Shown here one piece after another: positions 1 to 13,900 of a stretch of DNA of 64,000 bases. The notes beneath the pieces were generated by a model. The model was not told the DNA's origin, searched no databases, and worked only from the letters and a program-made list of their open reading frames with translations. A program made the translations under genes and the position numbers. Where the stretch lies: positions 25,606,001 to 25,670,000 of the forward strand of contig OZ004611.1 of assembly GCA_963924565.1 (NCBI GenBank), read 5' to 3'. The stretch is from Ascidiella aspersa (lineage: Eukaryota). How positions within the stretch are numbered: the stretch's first letter is position 1; every line of letters starts with the position of its first letter.

Positions 1-136
1 GGAATAAAAACCTATATTGTTAAAGGTTGTTTCAAGAACTGCAAAAAGCAAACAATTTTTACGATTTTACGCAATATCATTATAATAGGGTTTTATCCGA
101 GCAAATTAAAAAGCAAAAATGTAGTAGACTACTAAC

Positions 137-3100
137 CATTGTTGGTGTTATCCAAGGGGTCATCAAGTAATTCACCTCCGCTTAAAATATCGTCAGACGA
201 TTCGGTAGCGACTGATACTGATTCCGCATGGTGGTTTTGGCTGACAAAGGCGATAATATAGATACAAATTTTGTTGATGATGATATTATCACACATCTAT
301 ATTTATAGATAATGACTTTCAAGAGCCAAAAAGTATCATCTTCAGTTAATGTGACATAATGTGATACAGGTTCGTTGATCAAGATGATGTCAACTAACTC
401 TACCTTTTTGGCTTTGCAATTTATTATCAAGCTACATTACAGATCCGTGCATAGTGTATCCAATTCCAAGTGTATATAACAGATGTTTTTAATGTTGGCA
501 AAATCATCTATAACGTATTTTTTTTAATATAAAATCCTTAAAAAATATGTTGGAAGAGCAAATTTATTTTATAATCATTGAGAATCATAAAAGACGCGCC
601 CCACACGGAGTAAATTACACTACACACTACACAAATTAAGGTTATTGCATTACCTTTCTAAATCAGCCAGAACTCCCCTTAATCTGTCAAGGTCTTCGGT
701 TTCCGTTTGAATTCTGTTGATTAATTCCTGCTTCATAACTAGTAACTCCTCCTGTGAGAATACATCAGAATTAAAAATAATTTCAAATGCCATATCAACC
801 AATTTGGATATCTGAGTTGCATTTTTGTGATATTGTACGTTATGCAAATAAAAGTTGATCTCTATAATTAAGAGTTGTTGGAGGATTTCAACACTTTTAT
901 ACTTAAAATTGAATTTGCACATAAAATCGTTTAAAGAACTTAGAATTGAATGTTTAAAAGCAAAATCCGTAGATTAAAAAAAAAACTTAATTTACAATAA
1001 TCTTACATTAATTTAAAAAAGGAGGTCACATGGATTTAAAGGTATCTTATGTAGTTTACATCAAGCTCTCCTCTATTTATAAAAACCTCAGGGGAATAAA
1101 CAAATGCATTTTTTTCAGTTATAAACCTTTGGCGAAACATTTAAAGACAAAAAACATCATCTTACTGTAATAATTTAAAGTTGTTGGAGGATTTCAACAC
1201 TTTTAAACCTAAAATTGGATTTGTAAATAAAATAGTTTTATTTAATTCCGAATTTTGACCCATTGGCAAAAAAGATAAAAATATCATCTTACATGCTCCA
1301 CCAACGCTTCTCTTTCTTCCTCCAGCAACAGCTGGATCACCTCAGGGTCATCCTCTTCTTCAGGAAGATCTTCCTCAATGTCTTCATCATCTGGAGCAAG
1401 TTCGACCGGCTGATCGTTGTCAACAGACTCAGACTTTTCGTCGCTCTTAATGTTTTCCGACTGAAACAAATCATATTTTTCTAATTTAAAAAACTCATCT
1501 AAGTTAACCTAAGTTGTAATTACAGTCTGTGTCGAATTTACAACAAATATTTGTTGTAAAATACTAAATATTTGTAATAGTAAACTATGTTGGAATGATT
1601 CACAGTTTATAAACAGGTAACTTATGTTATAACTTATAATAGATGAAAAAAAAAACATACAGCACGAAAAGCTCTGATAACCTAATAAAACCATTTTTTT
1701 TCGAGCTTCTGTTTTACATAGAACTACTTTTTTGCTAAATAAAGAACTATTTTTATGCTTAAGAAACTCCGCTGCCACAAACCTTCCGACTCCTGTTTCC
1801 GGGACTTGAACCTTGAAGTTTTCTTCTCTCTAGAGTCAGGTTGTTGATTTTCGTTTTTGACTGTTCATTTTCGATATCTTTTTTCTGAAAAATTTTGCAA
1901 TTTTACCTCAGAAACCTCCCAATCTTACTTAGCTAACAGTAAATTACCTTTCTTTTCAGCTGTGTCAAAATTCTTGATGTTTCCCATAAGCGGTCGTCTT
2001 TGGTTTGATCCTCACAGCCACCCTAATAAAGTTACATGCCAGGTAAATACTTGGGTACACTATGCACGGATTTGTAATGTAACTTGATAATAAATTACAA
2101 AGCCAAAAAGCTTGAGTAGATTAACATCATCTTGAGTATATATAACATTTCGACATAAACTTTCGATATAATCATCTTCAGTTAATGTAAATATTATTTT
2201 TCACCTTTCTCAGGTAATTTAGGTTTGTTGCAATGCTAAATTTGTCATTGTGGTAAATGTAGTGCAAAATGTTTAACAGATATAACTTTAAAAAACGGTT
2301 CAGAAAAAAAAACTATATATTGCTATGAAACAATAGCAAAACCTTGCAGGAATAAATATACTGTTAAAAAATTACAATACTGTCAAAAGACAGGTCAAAA
2401 GAACACACCCTCATTTGCTTATGAAGGCGATTCAAGACAAATTCCTGTCGAACAATCTCCGCCATTACTTCAGAAAGTTCGACGGGAAGTTGAGGTGTTG
2501 TGTCGAAGTTGGGCCATCGCATTGGCTTCACCAACTTGCTGATGCGCACACCATCGAAAATGTCTTTGCTGCAAAACGCCAACTTTTAAACATAACTCTG
2601 AAACACTTAACACTTTTCAAACTTAAAGGATGGAAACTGCATTTGAAAAAAAATAGTGCTTTGATGTGTTATTTATAAATATACATTAAATCTACACACT
2701 TTTAGGAGAACTTTAAAACTAAGAAAAAAATATAATTTAAAAATGTCTTACAGCTATTTGCATATTGCTTTGTTGTGTTGTTCATAAATAGACATAAATC
2801 TATGTATTTTAGACTTGTGGAACTTTCAAACTAAATAAAAGATGCTTTTAAAGTGTCTGACGACCATTTGACAATTCAACATGGATTTTAGAATTGATCA
2901 GAAAACAGTAAGTTACAGTTTATCAACAGAGGGATAAAATTAGTATTGACCAGTGTATTAAACTATAAAAACTAAGAAAAGGTTTTACCATCTCTAACAG
3001 TCATTTGACCCTTGCATAATTTTTTAGAATTCATAGGAGTACAATAATTAATAGTTTATCAAAAATTAATTTAGGGACAAAGCTAACATCAACCAGTAAC

Positions 3101-5458
3101 TTATTTAAATAGGTTCTGATACTGTGTTTTACCAGTTAAATTTATACTTTCTTGTAGATAGCTCTTACCAGTGCATAAATAATACATTGAGAACCCTGTG
3201 ACTGATGTGTAGGGTTGGACTCAGTACGATGGAGATGTTCTGTATCGTCATTTTGCTCTGTTGTTCGTGTTTTATGATGTTGTCGAAATGAACAACGAGC
3301 CAAGAAATCAGGACCCGGTTGCAGTCGGGAAGCTTTTTCATCAGGTCTTGAAACCCCTAAACAGATTTAAAATTAAGTTACTATAAAAACAATAGAGATC
3401 GGCCCATATCACTTTTTTGGACCAATACCGATACCTGATTTTTTTTATATATATACCTGGGAAACGTTCAAAACTTAAATTAATTGAAAATAAAATCCAA
3501 ATACGATTTAGCTTTATATACCTTTATTAAATAGTAAAATATTATTTTGCATATTAACTTGGCTTGACTCCAAAACACAAATTTTTTGATCAAAAAAATG
3601 GGTAATGCTTGTTGTACAGCAAAAATTATATCATATTTTCGTACTAAAATATCGGCCTACATTTACCGGTAAACCGATATATCACTCTATCTTAAAAAAA
3701 CAAACCTTGAAACCCTAACAGAATAACTTGACTTACTTATAATACAAGGTGGTTTAGGCATACTCCTATAAAAAGACAGATTAAAAAAAAATTGATGTAA
3801 AAAAAATTACAAAACTTTATGTGGAAAATTCAATTTAAATCTATAAAATTTCTTCATCGCAGACAAAAAGCTACTTTTGGAAAAACATTTTTCTGTGATT
3901 AGTATTTTTTAACTTACTTGAATCTTCTCTGACTTGACGTGTTTACTTGCCACTTCTTCAAATTCCCGGCAATATTCATTTGTTAAAATGTGATCTGGCA
4001 GCTCCCGTAGATATGATTTCAACACACCAGCGATCGTATATGGATCGTAATTATTAAGATCCGGAGTCATTTCACTTGAAATTTTAAAAAATAGTGTTGC
4101 ATTAGTGCTAGAAGTCATTCAAAATAAAAAAAATCTGATTTTTTAATTAAAATTTATAGGTCTAATTATAATAAAATCCCAAGATTTGTCATTTCATTAT
4201 TTCTAGTATATATATGTATATTAAGGTAAACCAATAATAGTAAATAAAATATGTCTGTTCCAAGAATAAAACTTTTAAGTAGGGTTTTGAGAACTTCCTT
4301 TAAATTTATTTTGTATATTTAATTGTTTAAAGAAAATCCGCTTCTCACCAGTTATACTGTTTAATAATGTCGTCCATTTTCGTTTTGACTCCTGAAATGC
4401 GATAAATTCCTTCAGAATTGTATCCCCGCTCTTCTACAGCGTCAATACACTCCCTCACCACCGCAGGAAGAGGTATATTGTCATGGTAACCTGTACGCTC
4501 CACTGCCTCCAATAAGGGCTTTCCAAATACAGGATTCACAACTTTAAGAAAATTTCAACAAAAAAATTAGAAGAATTACTACATTTTAATATTAAACAAT
4601 TTAAACAAAACAGAGGATATACTTCTACATTGTTCTTCGAATAATTATTAGTCAGTATAAACTCACACCATAAAGTTAAAGTGAAATATTGATTTCTTGT
4701 CTGACAATAATGACAGGCATATTCAAGTTAAGTATTTGACCCATATATATAAATTAAAGCACATCTCATACTTGGTGCTTCTTCTTTTTCAGCCAAATAT
4801 TCTTCGGTTGGAGTGGCAACTGAAGATAGTCTTTTCTTTGTTTTAGTTTTGTCTTTTTTGTCCCTAAAAAAATAACACACAAATCAGAGTTTAAACACTA
4901 AATCAACGACAACAATTACAAATGCATAGTGAAAATGAAAAGGTACTGATAAGTTGCAAAAACCAAAACAATACACCTAAAGAATTAGGATGGCATACTT
5001 TAGTGAAACTTTTAAATCGCGAGGAAGACTTGCAGACTTCTTTTTCGCTTCTTTTATGTCTTTCTGCTTTTCTTTAATAGGTTCATCAGTTGGAGATGAA
5101 AAAGTTTCAGACATTCTGTTTTTCTTTATGTGCTTTGCTGGAAAAGTTAAGTAAATCGTTGAAGTAAAACTTAAGTTGTGGTAATATTACTACTAAGAAA
5201 ACAAACTAATGTGTATATAACTAACAACAAGGAACGATTAAAACAGACCAAAATTTGCAAACCTTTTGAAAAGGAAGGCTTCTTGAAAAGTTTAGATGGT
5301 CTTGACTTCTTGGATTGACCGGTTTGTTTTGAAGACTCAGACTTTTCAGAAATTGGAGCTTCCTCATCGCCACTGTTTTGTTCTGGTGCAAAATGGTGAT
5401 ATTTACGTTCTTTTTTCTTTTTCTTCAAATCATCACTGGAGTCGGCAGAGTCAGCCAT
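137..5458 (-). CDS. RALBP1: RalA-binding protein 1 (RLIP76; RhoGAP plus Ral-binding coiled coil), spliced, 3' end outside the window
   Basis: Phase-consistent GT-AG exons: 5458-5263, 5137-4999, 4863-4772, 4541-4349, 4074-3918, 3356-3169, 2568-2409, 2022-1948, 1884-1783, 1460-1293, 751-654, 240-137. RhoGAP motifs PVFGKPL, EGIYRISG, LKSYLRELP, KMTIQNISIVLSPTL. RALBP1-type motifs KPMRW, EIVRQEFVLNRLH, RLWETSRILTQLKRK, EELLVM. Confidence 0.93.
324..458 (+). mobile_element. Family A foldback element, internally deleted copy
   Basis: agccaaaaag ... ctttttggctttgcaatttattatcaagctacattacagatccgtgcatagtgta. Hammerhead 5' half (atcatcttcag) on the minus strand. Confidence 0.7.
2057..2189 (-). mobile_element. 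Family A element, degenerate reverse copy
   Basis: tacactatgcacggatttgtaatgtaacttgataataaattacaaagccaaaaag...atcatcttcagttaatgt is the reverse complement of the family A arm and tail. Confidence 0.7.
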
Positions 5459-5886
5459 TATGCAGTTTTATGTTTGAGAGCTAGTTTTTTTTTTAAATAA
5501 ATAAATATCAGTTTTTTAAGTGACAATCAGCCACTGTGAAAAGTATGCCGAGGAAACCTGGAAGTTCTTTTATTTATTTTAATAAAACAACTTTTTCCAT
5601 ATGTTAAACAAGCGGGATGCACCCAGTCCAGTTGAGAATTGTTTTCTCCGTATATTTAAAGCTTTCATTCTGGTTTGGCATGATTGGAAAGTTAGCCGCA
5701 GCCATAGCCGCACATTTTGTGTAATATGCACTCAGCCACGAAAAGTATCTCAAATGCAAAATCATCCATCAGGGTTTTGGGTATACTACGCTGGTTCGGG
5801 CCCGGGGGTTTATATTGCTAACAATATGTGGGTTAGGGTGAGAGTTAGCATTTGGGTAGGGTCAAGTATTGCTATTATATTTATTT

Positions 5887-6164
5887 GGCGCTGGACTAGA
5901 ATCCTGCCATAACGCAAATTATTTGGGTTAGGTTAAGATGTATTATTATTAAATATTAAATATAATAATACTTGACCCACCCTCATCCCAACGCTAACTG
6001 TCACCCTAACCCAAATATTGTGCGTTGATTTAATAGCTTCGGTAGGATTGTAGATCAGCGACATTTATTCTTATACATACTTATTCAAATACCTTCATTG
6101 CAATTTCAATTTTGACAACTCGTTTTGTTAGTGTTAAAATGTGGTAGGATACTAGACCAGCGCC
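5887..6164. mobile_element. MITE with ggcgctggactagaatcct termini and ggttag-rich interior; related copy at ~51967-52608
   Basis: Left ggcgctggactagaatcct; right aggatactagaccagcgcc. The same left end occurs at 51967. Confidence 0.65.
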
Positions 6165-7996
6165 TCTTTTGTAGCAATGCAAATTTTACAAACAATGCTA
6201 TTAGAGCGGCGCAAATTTCAGCAGATGTTTTATTACCGCAAATTTTGGTCGGTAAAATCGTATATTTTCTGTAACAAATTAAAGACTCATTTCGGGCGAG
6301 AAAAAAAACTAATACCAACGTCCTGATCGTGAGTTTAATTCAAGTTTCCTAAGAAGCCTGTGCATGTTTTTTTTACAAAACGATAAGGAACATAAGAGTT
6401 TTCAGTTTCTAAATTTTTATTTTGTGCAGAAACAATAACACAAGTATATACGATACAACCTGTTGTCCTTATCGCACCATTTAAAATCATACTCAATTGT
6501 GTTCTTTACAACACAAATGCTGATATAAAATGGCGGACGATTACAAATGCTACTATAGTATAGTAACATTTTATACACTATTGTTCTCTTTAAAAATACC
6601 TAAACGTATTTATCATAAAATAATAAACACATAATTGCTTTTTTTTAAATGGAATACTTCCACGTTTGTTTTTTGACAGTAAACTTACGATCGAACGCTA
6701 AACAGAGAGAGAGACATACCGGTACTCGAAGAGAGAGAAATAATTAAATCTGGAACTCTTTTGTGGCAATAATGATAAAACTGCGGGAAGGGATTTGTGC
6801 ATTAATCTGAAACCTTCCTGCCCGACGCAAAATGTTACAGTTTAACTCTGTAGCCTAAACTTTTCAACAAGAATTATAAAATGAAAATAAGTGTGAGTCT
6901 TCACGTTGTAGCGATTCGAAGTTTGATGTATTTTTGCTTTCTTGGCCTACTGGTACCTGGAATTTTGTGACAAAAAGTATTCCGGATTAACGCCTATTCT
7001 CTGCGCGCATATTCCTGACTTTGTAGGTAAAGCAATAATTTAGGAAAACACGATAACACTATTTTACGTATTTTTAAATGAGTTGACTTGACTTAAGTCT
7101 TTTTGGCAAAATGACTTAACTTAAGTCTGATTGGGGTAAAAATAAAGTGTTTTCATTAGGCAATATTTTGTAAAAGTGGGTTATTTATCTCAGTTTTTGT
7201 ACACAAAAAACAATCAGCTAGCACTACGTTTCGTTAATGTTAGTTTTACTTGAATTAGGCTATTGCTCATGATAATACGAGTTCGGGCTACCAGTTTTAT
7301 TAGTTTAACGCCTTTTTATGACAAAGGACTTGATTTAAAGTTCACTTGCTATAATTATGACTTGGCAACCAATGACTTCGACTGGGAGTTAATTTGTTAT
7401 TTATTCGAAAAAAACGTGAATTTGGTATTTTACAAATGACTTGACTTCACTCATTTAATTAAAATCACTTGTTTACAACACTGATACTTTATGATAAAAG
7501 CTTTTAATAGCGTTAAACCGCTTGCGGCGCCGTGGAGTAGTACATGAACTCCATCTGTTTTTTCTAACAAAAGAAAAATAGAAAGTCTTTTAACGGCCGT
7601 GTGGTCACGAACCCAGCGCGCTAAACAATGTAAGGCGCCGCCTATTATTAGCTTATGGGTGGCGGGCGGCAACAATGGCTTCAATGTGACAGCGCAAAGG
7701 GTTTGCGAAGTGGAAATCACATTAGAGACTGATCGCGCGCGAGCTGAAAAGAATATCGGGTGTCATTCGCGCAATGCGATATGCCCGTGCAATAACTGGT
7801 AAACAGGGGTAGACGGTAAAGAAGGCGGACAATATCGTCTGACGTATAGTGCGGCCCTCGCCTGCTGCGAATTAACCTTAGAAAATTAACTGCAAATCAA
7901 GAGATCCCAGGAAGGCAGGTTTCAAAGCGAAAGGAGATGCCTGCTTTGTCTCGCGCACATGATTAATCTAATCAGGGCGAGAAAATTACGGCAAAA

Positions 7997-10900
7997 ATGC
8001 CCGGCAGTATCGCCACCCTGTCTCAGCGGACCGGAGGTGGCTTAGGACAACCGGGAAAGCTCAGCCACGTCAACTTCGTGCCTGTTTATAACGCGCACCG
8101 ACTTAGACGAAGACAACGCGAAGCCTTGGAACAAAACTTGAGAGATTTAAAGGTAATGGAGGTTTTTTTACGTTGAATTAACCGGATAACTCGATCACGT
8201 ATTTATTGTAGATACCCTATGCTAGTATTTAAAATAACCTAATTTGGCATATGGTGAGAAATTCTAAACAATAATTTATACTTTATACAAGAGGGCCTAC
8301 GTTTGGCTTTTGATATATAAGTGGATTTTTAATTCTTCGATTACTGTCACCTAACTGGATCATTTACATTTAAAATATTCCTAAATTGTGTTTTTACTAA
8401 TAAAGAATAAAGCATCAAATGTATAGCTCAAAAAAGGTTTATAACTACTTAATGCCAAACGCGGGCATTTATAAAATAAAGTCGTGTTTCAAAACAGGGA
8501 TCGTTGAACGCGGTAAAAGAATAGAACTGATAATAATACATCAGGGCTGGTCGAAAAATCAACCACATCAATAAATCGAACGCTATTGTGCGGCACGGCG
8601 CACTAAAGGCACAAGTAAACAGAAAATGTTGATGGCAAATATTACGTCGGGTGCTTTAAAGCACGGGAGGGAGTTTCAGTCATAACAGCAGATGTTGACG
8701 CGTGTGTTTTTACAGCGCTTTAAGCTCACCGCACTTCCCAGCAGAGAATCGAGACACAAGAAACTCCGGAAGGTAAATACACTACATCTTTGTCGTCACT
8801 TGGTCGGTGTGCCAACTTAAAAATAGAAATTTTATTAAAAAAATTGAATTTTATTGTGAAACACTTGAATTTTAGTGTGATGTCTTCCAAACTGTTTTCA
8901 AAGTGCGGTGTACTGGTAAAATCTAAAACTAATAACGGAACACTTTCTACAAAACGTGCTTTATTATATTCGTCTGAATATAATGCTTACAACTCTGCAA
9001 AGGCAATGGCTAAGCATCACAATATTTTCGGTTGTCTAATTAATAAATATTATTGTGTATTTATGTCTTCCTTGCTTACGTTCATGCATATTTGTAATTC
9101 GAATGCGTTATTTTTTATTTGAAAAATGAGTTAACCGTAGCGCGTGCACTGATGTGCCCCGGCACAAAGTTTCAGAATGACTTCCTTCTCTAAATATTTG
9201 TTTCGTTTTATCTCCTAAAAAATAATTTGTTGCCGTTAAAATAGACTACCTTTAAAATCGACACTACATCAAGGTCAGTGGGATGTATCAACAAGTAAAA
9301 CTCATAGTTGAAAACATCAGAGCGCAGCCATCAACAAACCAATAAAAGTAAGCAATTTATTGGTTTGTTGATGGCTGCCCTCTGATTTCATTTATTTATT
9401 TGTACTCTTACAGCAACTCATGATGCCACTTGGCGAAATATATTTTCCTTTTAAACAAAACGTCTGATCCTGTTTTTACTCATGTTTTTAACTATGAGTT
9501 TTACTTGTTAATATACGCGTCAGCGGAGCAGTGATCGACTGGCTATAACCTGCCGCCGATGGTTTTGGATTCTATAAAGATACACCCTATTGTTGGGATG
9601 TATCAAAATACGCCTTATAAACGGCCGGTTTTCTACGTGGTCATGTAAAGTGGCCCTATGAGCGAATAGCAATCCTGTCAAAAACCTGAGTGCCATTCTA
9701 TAACCTCTATAAATACGATTCGTGACTGATGAGATTTGCTCAATTCATTCTTGAAATAACCGTCGCCAGTTATTGGAATTTAGCTTTTGTCACGTATTTT
9801 ATAGGCGTGGGAATTGAATTTTGCGCAGCCCAACGCATTTTGCCACTTTAAAACAGTCTAAAACGAATAAGGCGCTGTACGTTTCTCGAAAGATCAACTA
9901 AACATCAAAGCCACGTATATTGTTATCATATGAAATAAGGCGGATTTGGCAAAACGTGACCCGAAGAATAACGTTGCAAACTATATGGTAGTATATAAAA
10001 CTGAATAAAAAGGGACTAAAAAATCGATATTAAAGTCACGCTAGTATTGTTTTGGGATTAACATCACATGTGTTAGATTTAGCATAAAGCATTTAGTAAC
10101 GATATAATATCATCTCCATACCTTTTAATAGTGTAATGAACTGCGCAACACCTGTGTGTAAACCTATACTATATATTGAGAGGGCTTTTGTATTTGTATA
10201 CATTGACATTTCACAGCATTCAACTGACCAGTGGAGAACGATTAAAAACTATTTTCAACGTCAAATATGCCGCCAGACTTAAACGACTAATTCACGGAAT
10301 AGTCCATGGGTGGGCAAATGTATTGAAGGGCCATTTGCAGAAAATACAAGCTCCATTTCAATAAAAAAAGTTAAATAATGAAGGCCAGTCGCAATAGTAA
10401 CAGAATTGTAATTTCTGTAAAAACGGTAATAATCAACTCAATAATAACAGTAACAGCAAAATAACACGCACAATATTTATTAATATTAGTCTTTTGTTAA
10501 CTAACTCTTCGGACCCATGTCTAGTGTTACATCATAAACTTCTGTTGATAACCTTTACAATTTTTTTTGAAATTTTACGATTCAACTAGAAGAGCCACAA
10601 AAACATGCCGGAGAGCCGCATGTGGCTCGCGAGCCGCAGTTTGCCCACCCCTGGAATAGTCCATACAACCACTCCACGTGTAATCAACAGAGCGCACGGA
10701 CACAGCAACTAGAGTCCCTGATCCAAGCGGGTCACGTGACGCCACCGTCGACTTACACCTCAGGCGCTCGCTATCCACTCCTGCCGAAAATCGGGGATCC
10801 CCCAATTCTGCCTGCTCGAAGCCGCAACATTTCAGCCGCCAGCCACGCCACTAAAAAAGAGTCAAGGCAACAACAGCCACCGTCAGTCTTTTTTTCCGGT

Positions 10901-13900
10901 TCCGACATGGCCGAGTCGGCCACCCGGGCCCGTGACATAGATGGGGCACTGAGGCTCCCTCAGATCATGAGGTCGTTTATTCCCACCGAGGGAAGAAAGC
11001 TCCCCCCGCGGCCCCAGGCTGAAAACCGCTCGACCTGGATCGACCTGACCGGGAGCAGAAGACAGCAGCTGCCGAACGGATACAAGGCAAAGAGTTTCGT
11101 GAGTGTTTCTAGTCATTTAAGGCCTAATTACTTTACAACTCAGCTGAGCTGGGTGTGAAATTGCATTTGTAGAATGACTGCGTAACAGACAAAGTAAAAT
11201 CAATGATGGTGGTGGAAACGTGAAAATCGCTCTAATGCGTAACTTTTTGCTAGCTGAACGGGGCTTGAGTTTAGCCAAGCGTGAAACGCTTGCCATAATA
11301 TAAATTAAATGCAAATTATGCTTTGCTCAGCTCAGCGCAGCTATAGTAAATGGGCCTTTAGGCTGGATGTTTAGCCTGACAATCGCGGGCCGGATATAAT
11401 ATTTGATGTCGAACTTTAATAACTTGATCATGGTTTAAAAAACCACTGTTAGACATAGGCTACTAGTAAGCATTAGGAAGGTGTCGTTTAGTGTAAGTTT
11501 GCACTAAAATGTAGTGTTGAATTACATTCGTCAACATTTCAAATGTATTTTATCTTTATTGGAAATATGCCGCGGGCCGTACAATGGTTACCCCTGTAGG
11601 CTACTGCGTTAAAGGGTTGATGACAAAGCTATCATCGCAATCATTGAAACATTGCTGCTGTTTCACGGAACTTATTTCGCTTTGTTTAAGGGAGGTTATA
11701 CCTGTAAATGGGACTAATTTTATCGATTACAAACTAGGCTACCGGTATGGTTGATTTCTTTAGGCAAAATTATTTTGAACCAATTAACGTAAGCTATATT
11801 TGAACCTGTCACAGTGCCACATGTTCAGCTTTAACAAAACCTCAACCTAGAAATATTTGTATGACTGAATAGAGCGAATGGTCTGTTTTATCTATGTTAC
11901 AAAAAACATATTACAAACAAAAAGTTTTTTTTGTTTACATTTGCGTATCAGCAATTTAAACCGAATCTTTGATTGCTTGTTTAACACTTAGCGTTCACAG
12001 CGTTCCGCGGTTTTAAACATGATGAACGTTCTGTATTTCAATATATTAATAATATAAAGCTCAATAACTTGTTGCGTGGCCGAACGAACGAAATAACGAT
12101 CGAACAAGGTTTTTTATTTAAATTTATTTATTAGCAATATGTCCAAACATTTTTTTTTAAGCAGGACATCGGAATACGCCCGGTAACACTGGTGACAGTG
12201 GACTACGACAAAACTGGCCCGAAGCTTGCGAGAAAGCCTTTGCCTCCCATTCACAACAGCACTCCGCAAACAAAGTGAGTCCCATGTTTACTCGAGTAAG
12301 ACTTTAATTTCGTGGTTGTCGCGCAAAGTGTATACTGAAAGCACATTTCGCCTCGCGCTATTTCGCCCAGAATAAAAAGAATGCGACTTAAGCTCACTCC
12401 TTTTCGCAAATCTTATGACTTAGCGAATTCCATTTTCAGTTAATTTTGAAATGAGTTTTTAGACTTTTGCCGTATATCGATGTTAATTTATTACTTATTA
12501 CGCTCACAAGTAACGAATAAACTAAAAGTATTTGTGGTAATTGGTTAGAAATAAATGCTTTAAAATAATAAACCTAAATCAGATTAATGTTTTTCAAATT
12601 AGAAGCTAACCCAAACTCGATTTTCACAAATTCATCTTATTTTATAAAAGTACACTTTGTTCTTTTTTCGATCGATTCTTCAAATGGTTTTAATTTCCCT
12701 ACTTTAACATGCAATTTTTGATTGCATTTCACTCGTCAAAAAATATCACTTTAAATATAATTTCATTGCCGACCTTGCAGCGCGCGGAAATCGCAGCCCC
12801 TATCGCAAATCTGGAAGCCGGCCGACTCGCAATCGGAAATCGGGGACCTAAAGGGAAGCCGGGCGCCCAAGCACGGGCGTTCCACAACGACCAGGGCCAG
12901 GAGCCCGAGAACCGACGCCGGCAAAAAGCTGCTCGACAGCCTCGGTGCCAAACTGTCCGCCACGCGCAACAAAAATATCCCCCAGCTTGCGACCACCAAG
13001 CTGCTGAAGGCTGGAGGCTACCAGCAGCAGCATCAGCAGCATGGTGCTGGACAAGGCCAGCAACAGGACGAGTACTTTTGGGAAAGCGGTAAGATGCGTG
13101 CCTCGTGGAATGTGAAGAAGAAGGCGGAAAGCGACCGTCACTTTGGCAACCTGCGCAGCGGCGTGATCCTCAACAAGCTGCCCTCCGATCTGATTGGAAG
13201 CTACAAGGCCACCTTCGAAAGCCTGAGCTACTACCTCGGCAAGGGCTCGCAGCGGCCCAACGAAGAGAAGTCCGGAGTGATTTCGATTCCGACAGGTGCT
13301 GGCTTGTGCATTGTATACTGTTAAAGCAGTCTGCACCCGATATTTTTTCTAAAAATATTTGTGCACACCTGATTTGGTATATTGTGCACTTAAACTAGAA
13401 AAAACACTTAAACTTAAAACGTACCTTGTTGGAGGATTTCAAACTTACGGTGTACAAAAAAAAACGTGATTGCCTACGTGCACACCTCACATTTTTGTAC
13501 TGCACACCCGAGATCTCGGCGTGAAGTGCCATGAAATGCAGACTGACTGTTAAAGGCTAAGATACTCTTGATTATTATCGTACACCAAAATTTCACCTGG
13601 GTTGCTAACCAGAATTATGATAATATATATATTATAAAACATTGCACCCATCTACCGTTTTGGGTCTGTAAAAAAAGGTTTTCATGCAGTTACGACATCA
13701 GTAAAAATAAACGACCGTTTGGAAGATTTGAACTCAGCCTCAAGGTAGCCTATATTCTATATTATGCAACAAGTTCTAAAGAAACCCCTATAGACAACTT
13801 CAAACATGAAACATCCTTCCAGGTCGAGTCGGGGAATACCCGTATGACGAGTACGACGAGGACGCGATCAACCCCGAGTTCATCCGAAGTATTACGAACG

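Noticed and set aside
5829-6012. Telomere-like ggttag/ccctaa motifs
   Set aside because: Scattered, degenerate and associated with a MITE; not a tandem telomeric array.
12709-13398. Several overlapping ORFs on both strands
   Set aside because: Shadow frames of one GC-rich exon (12781-13295) whose true frame is fixed by splice phases.
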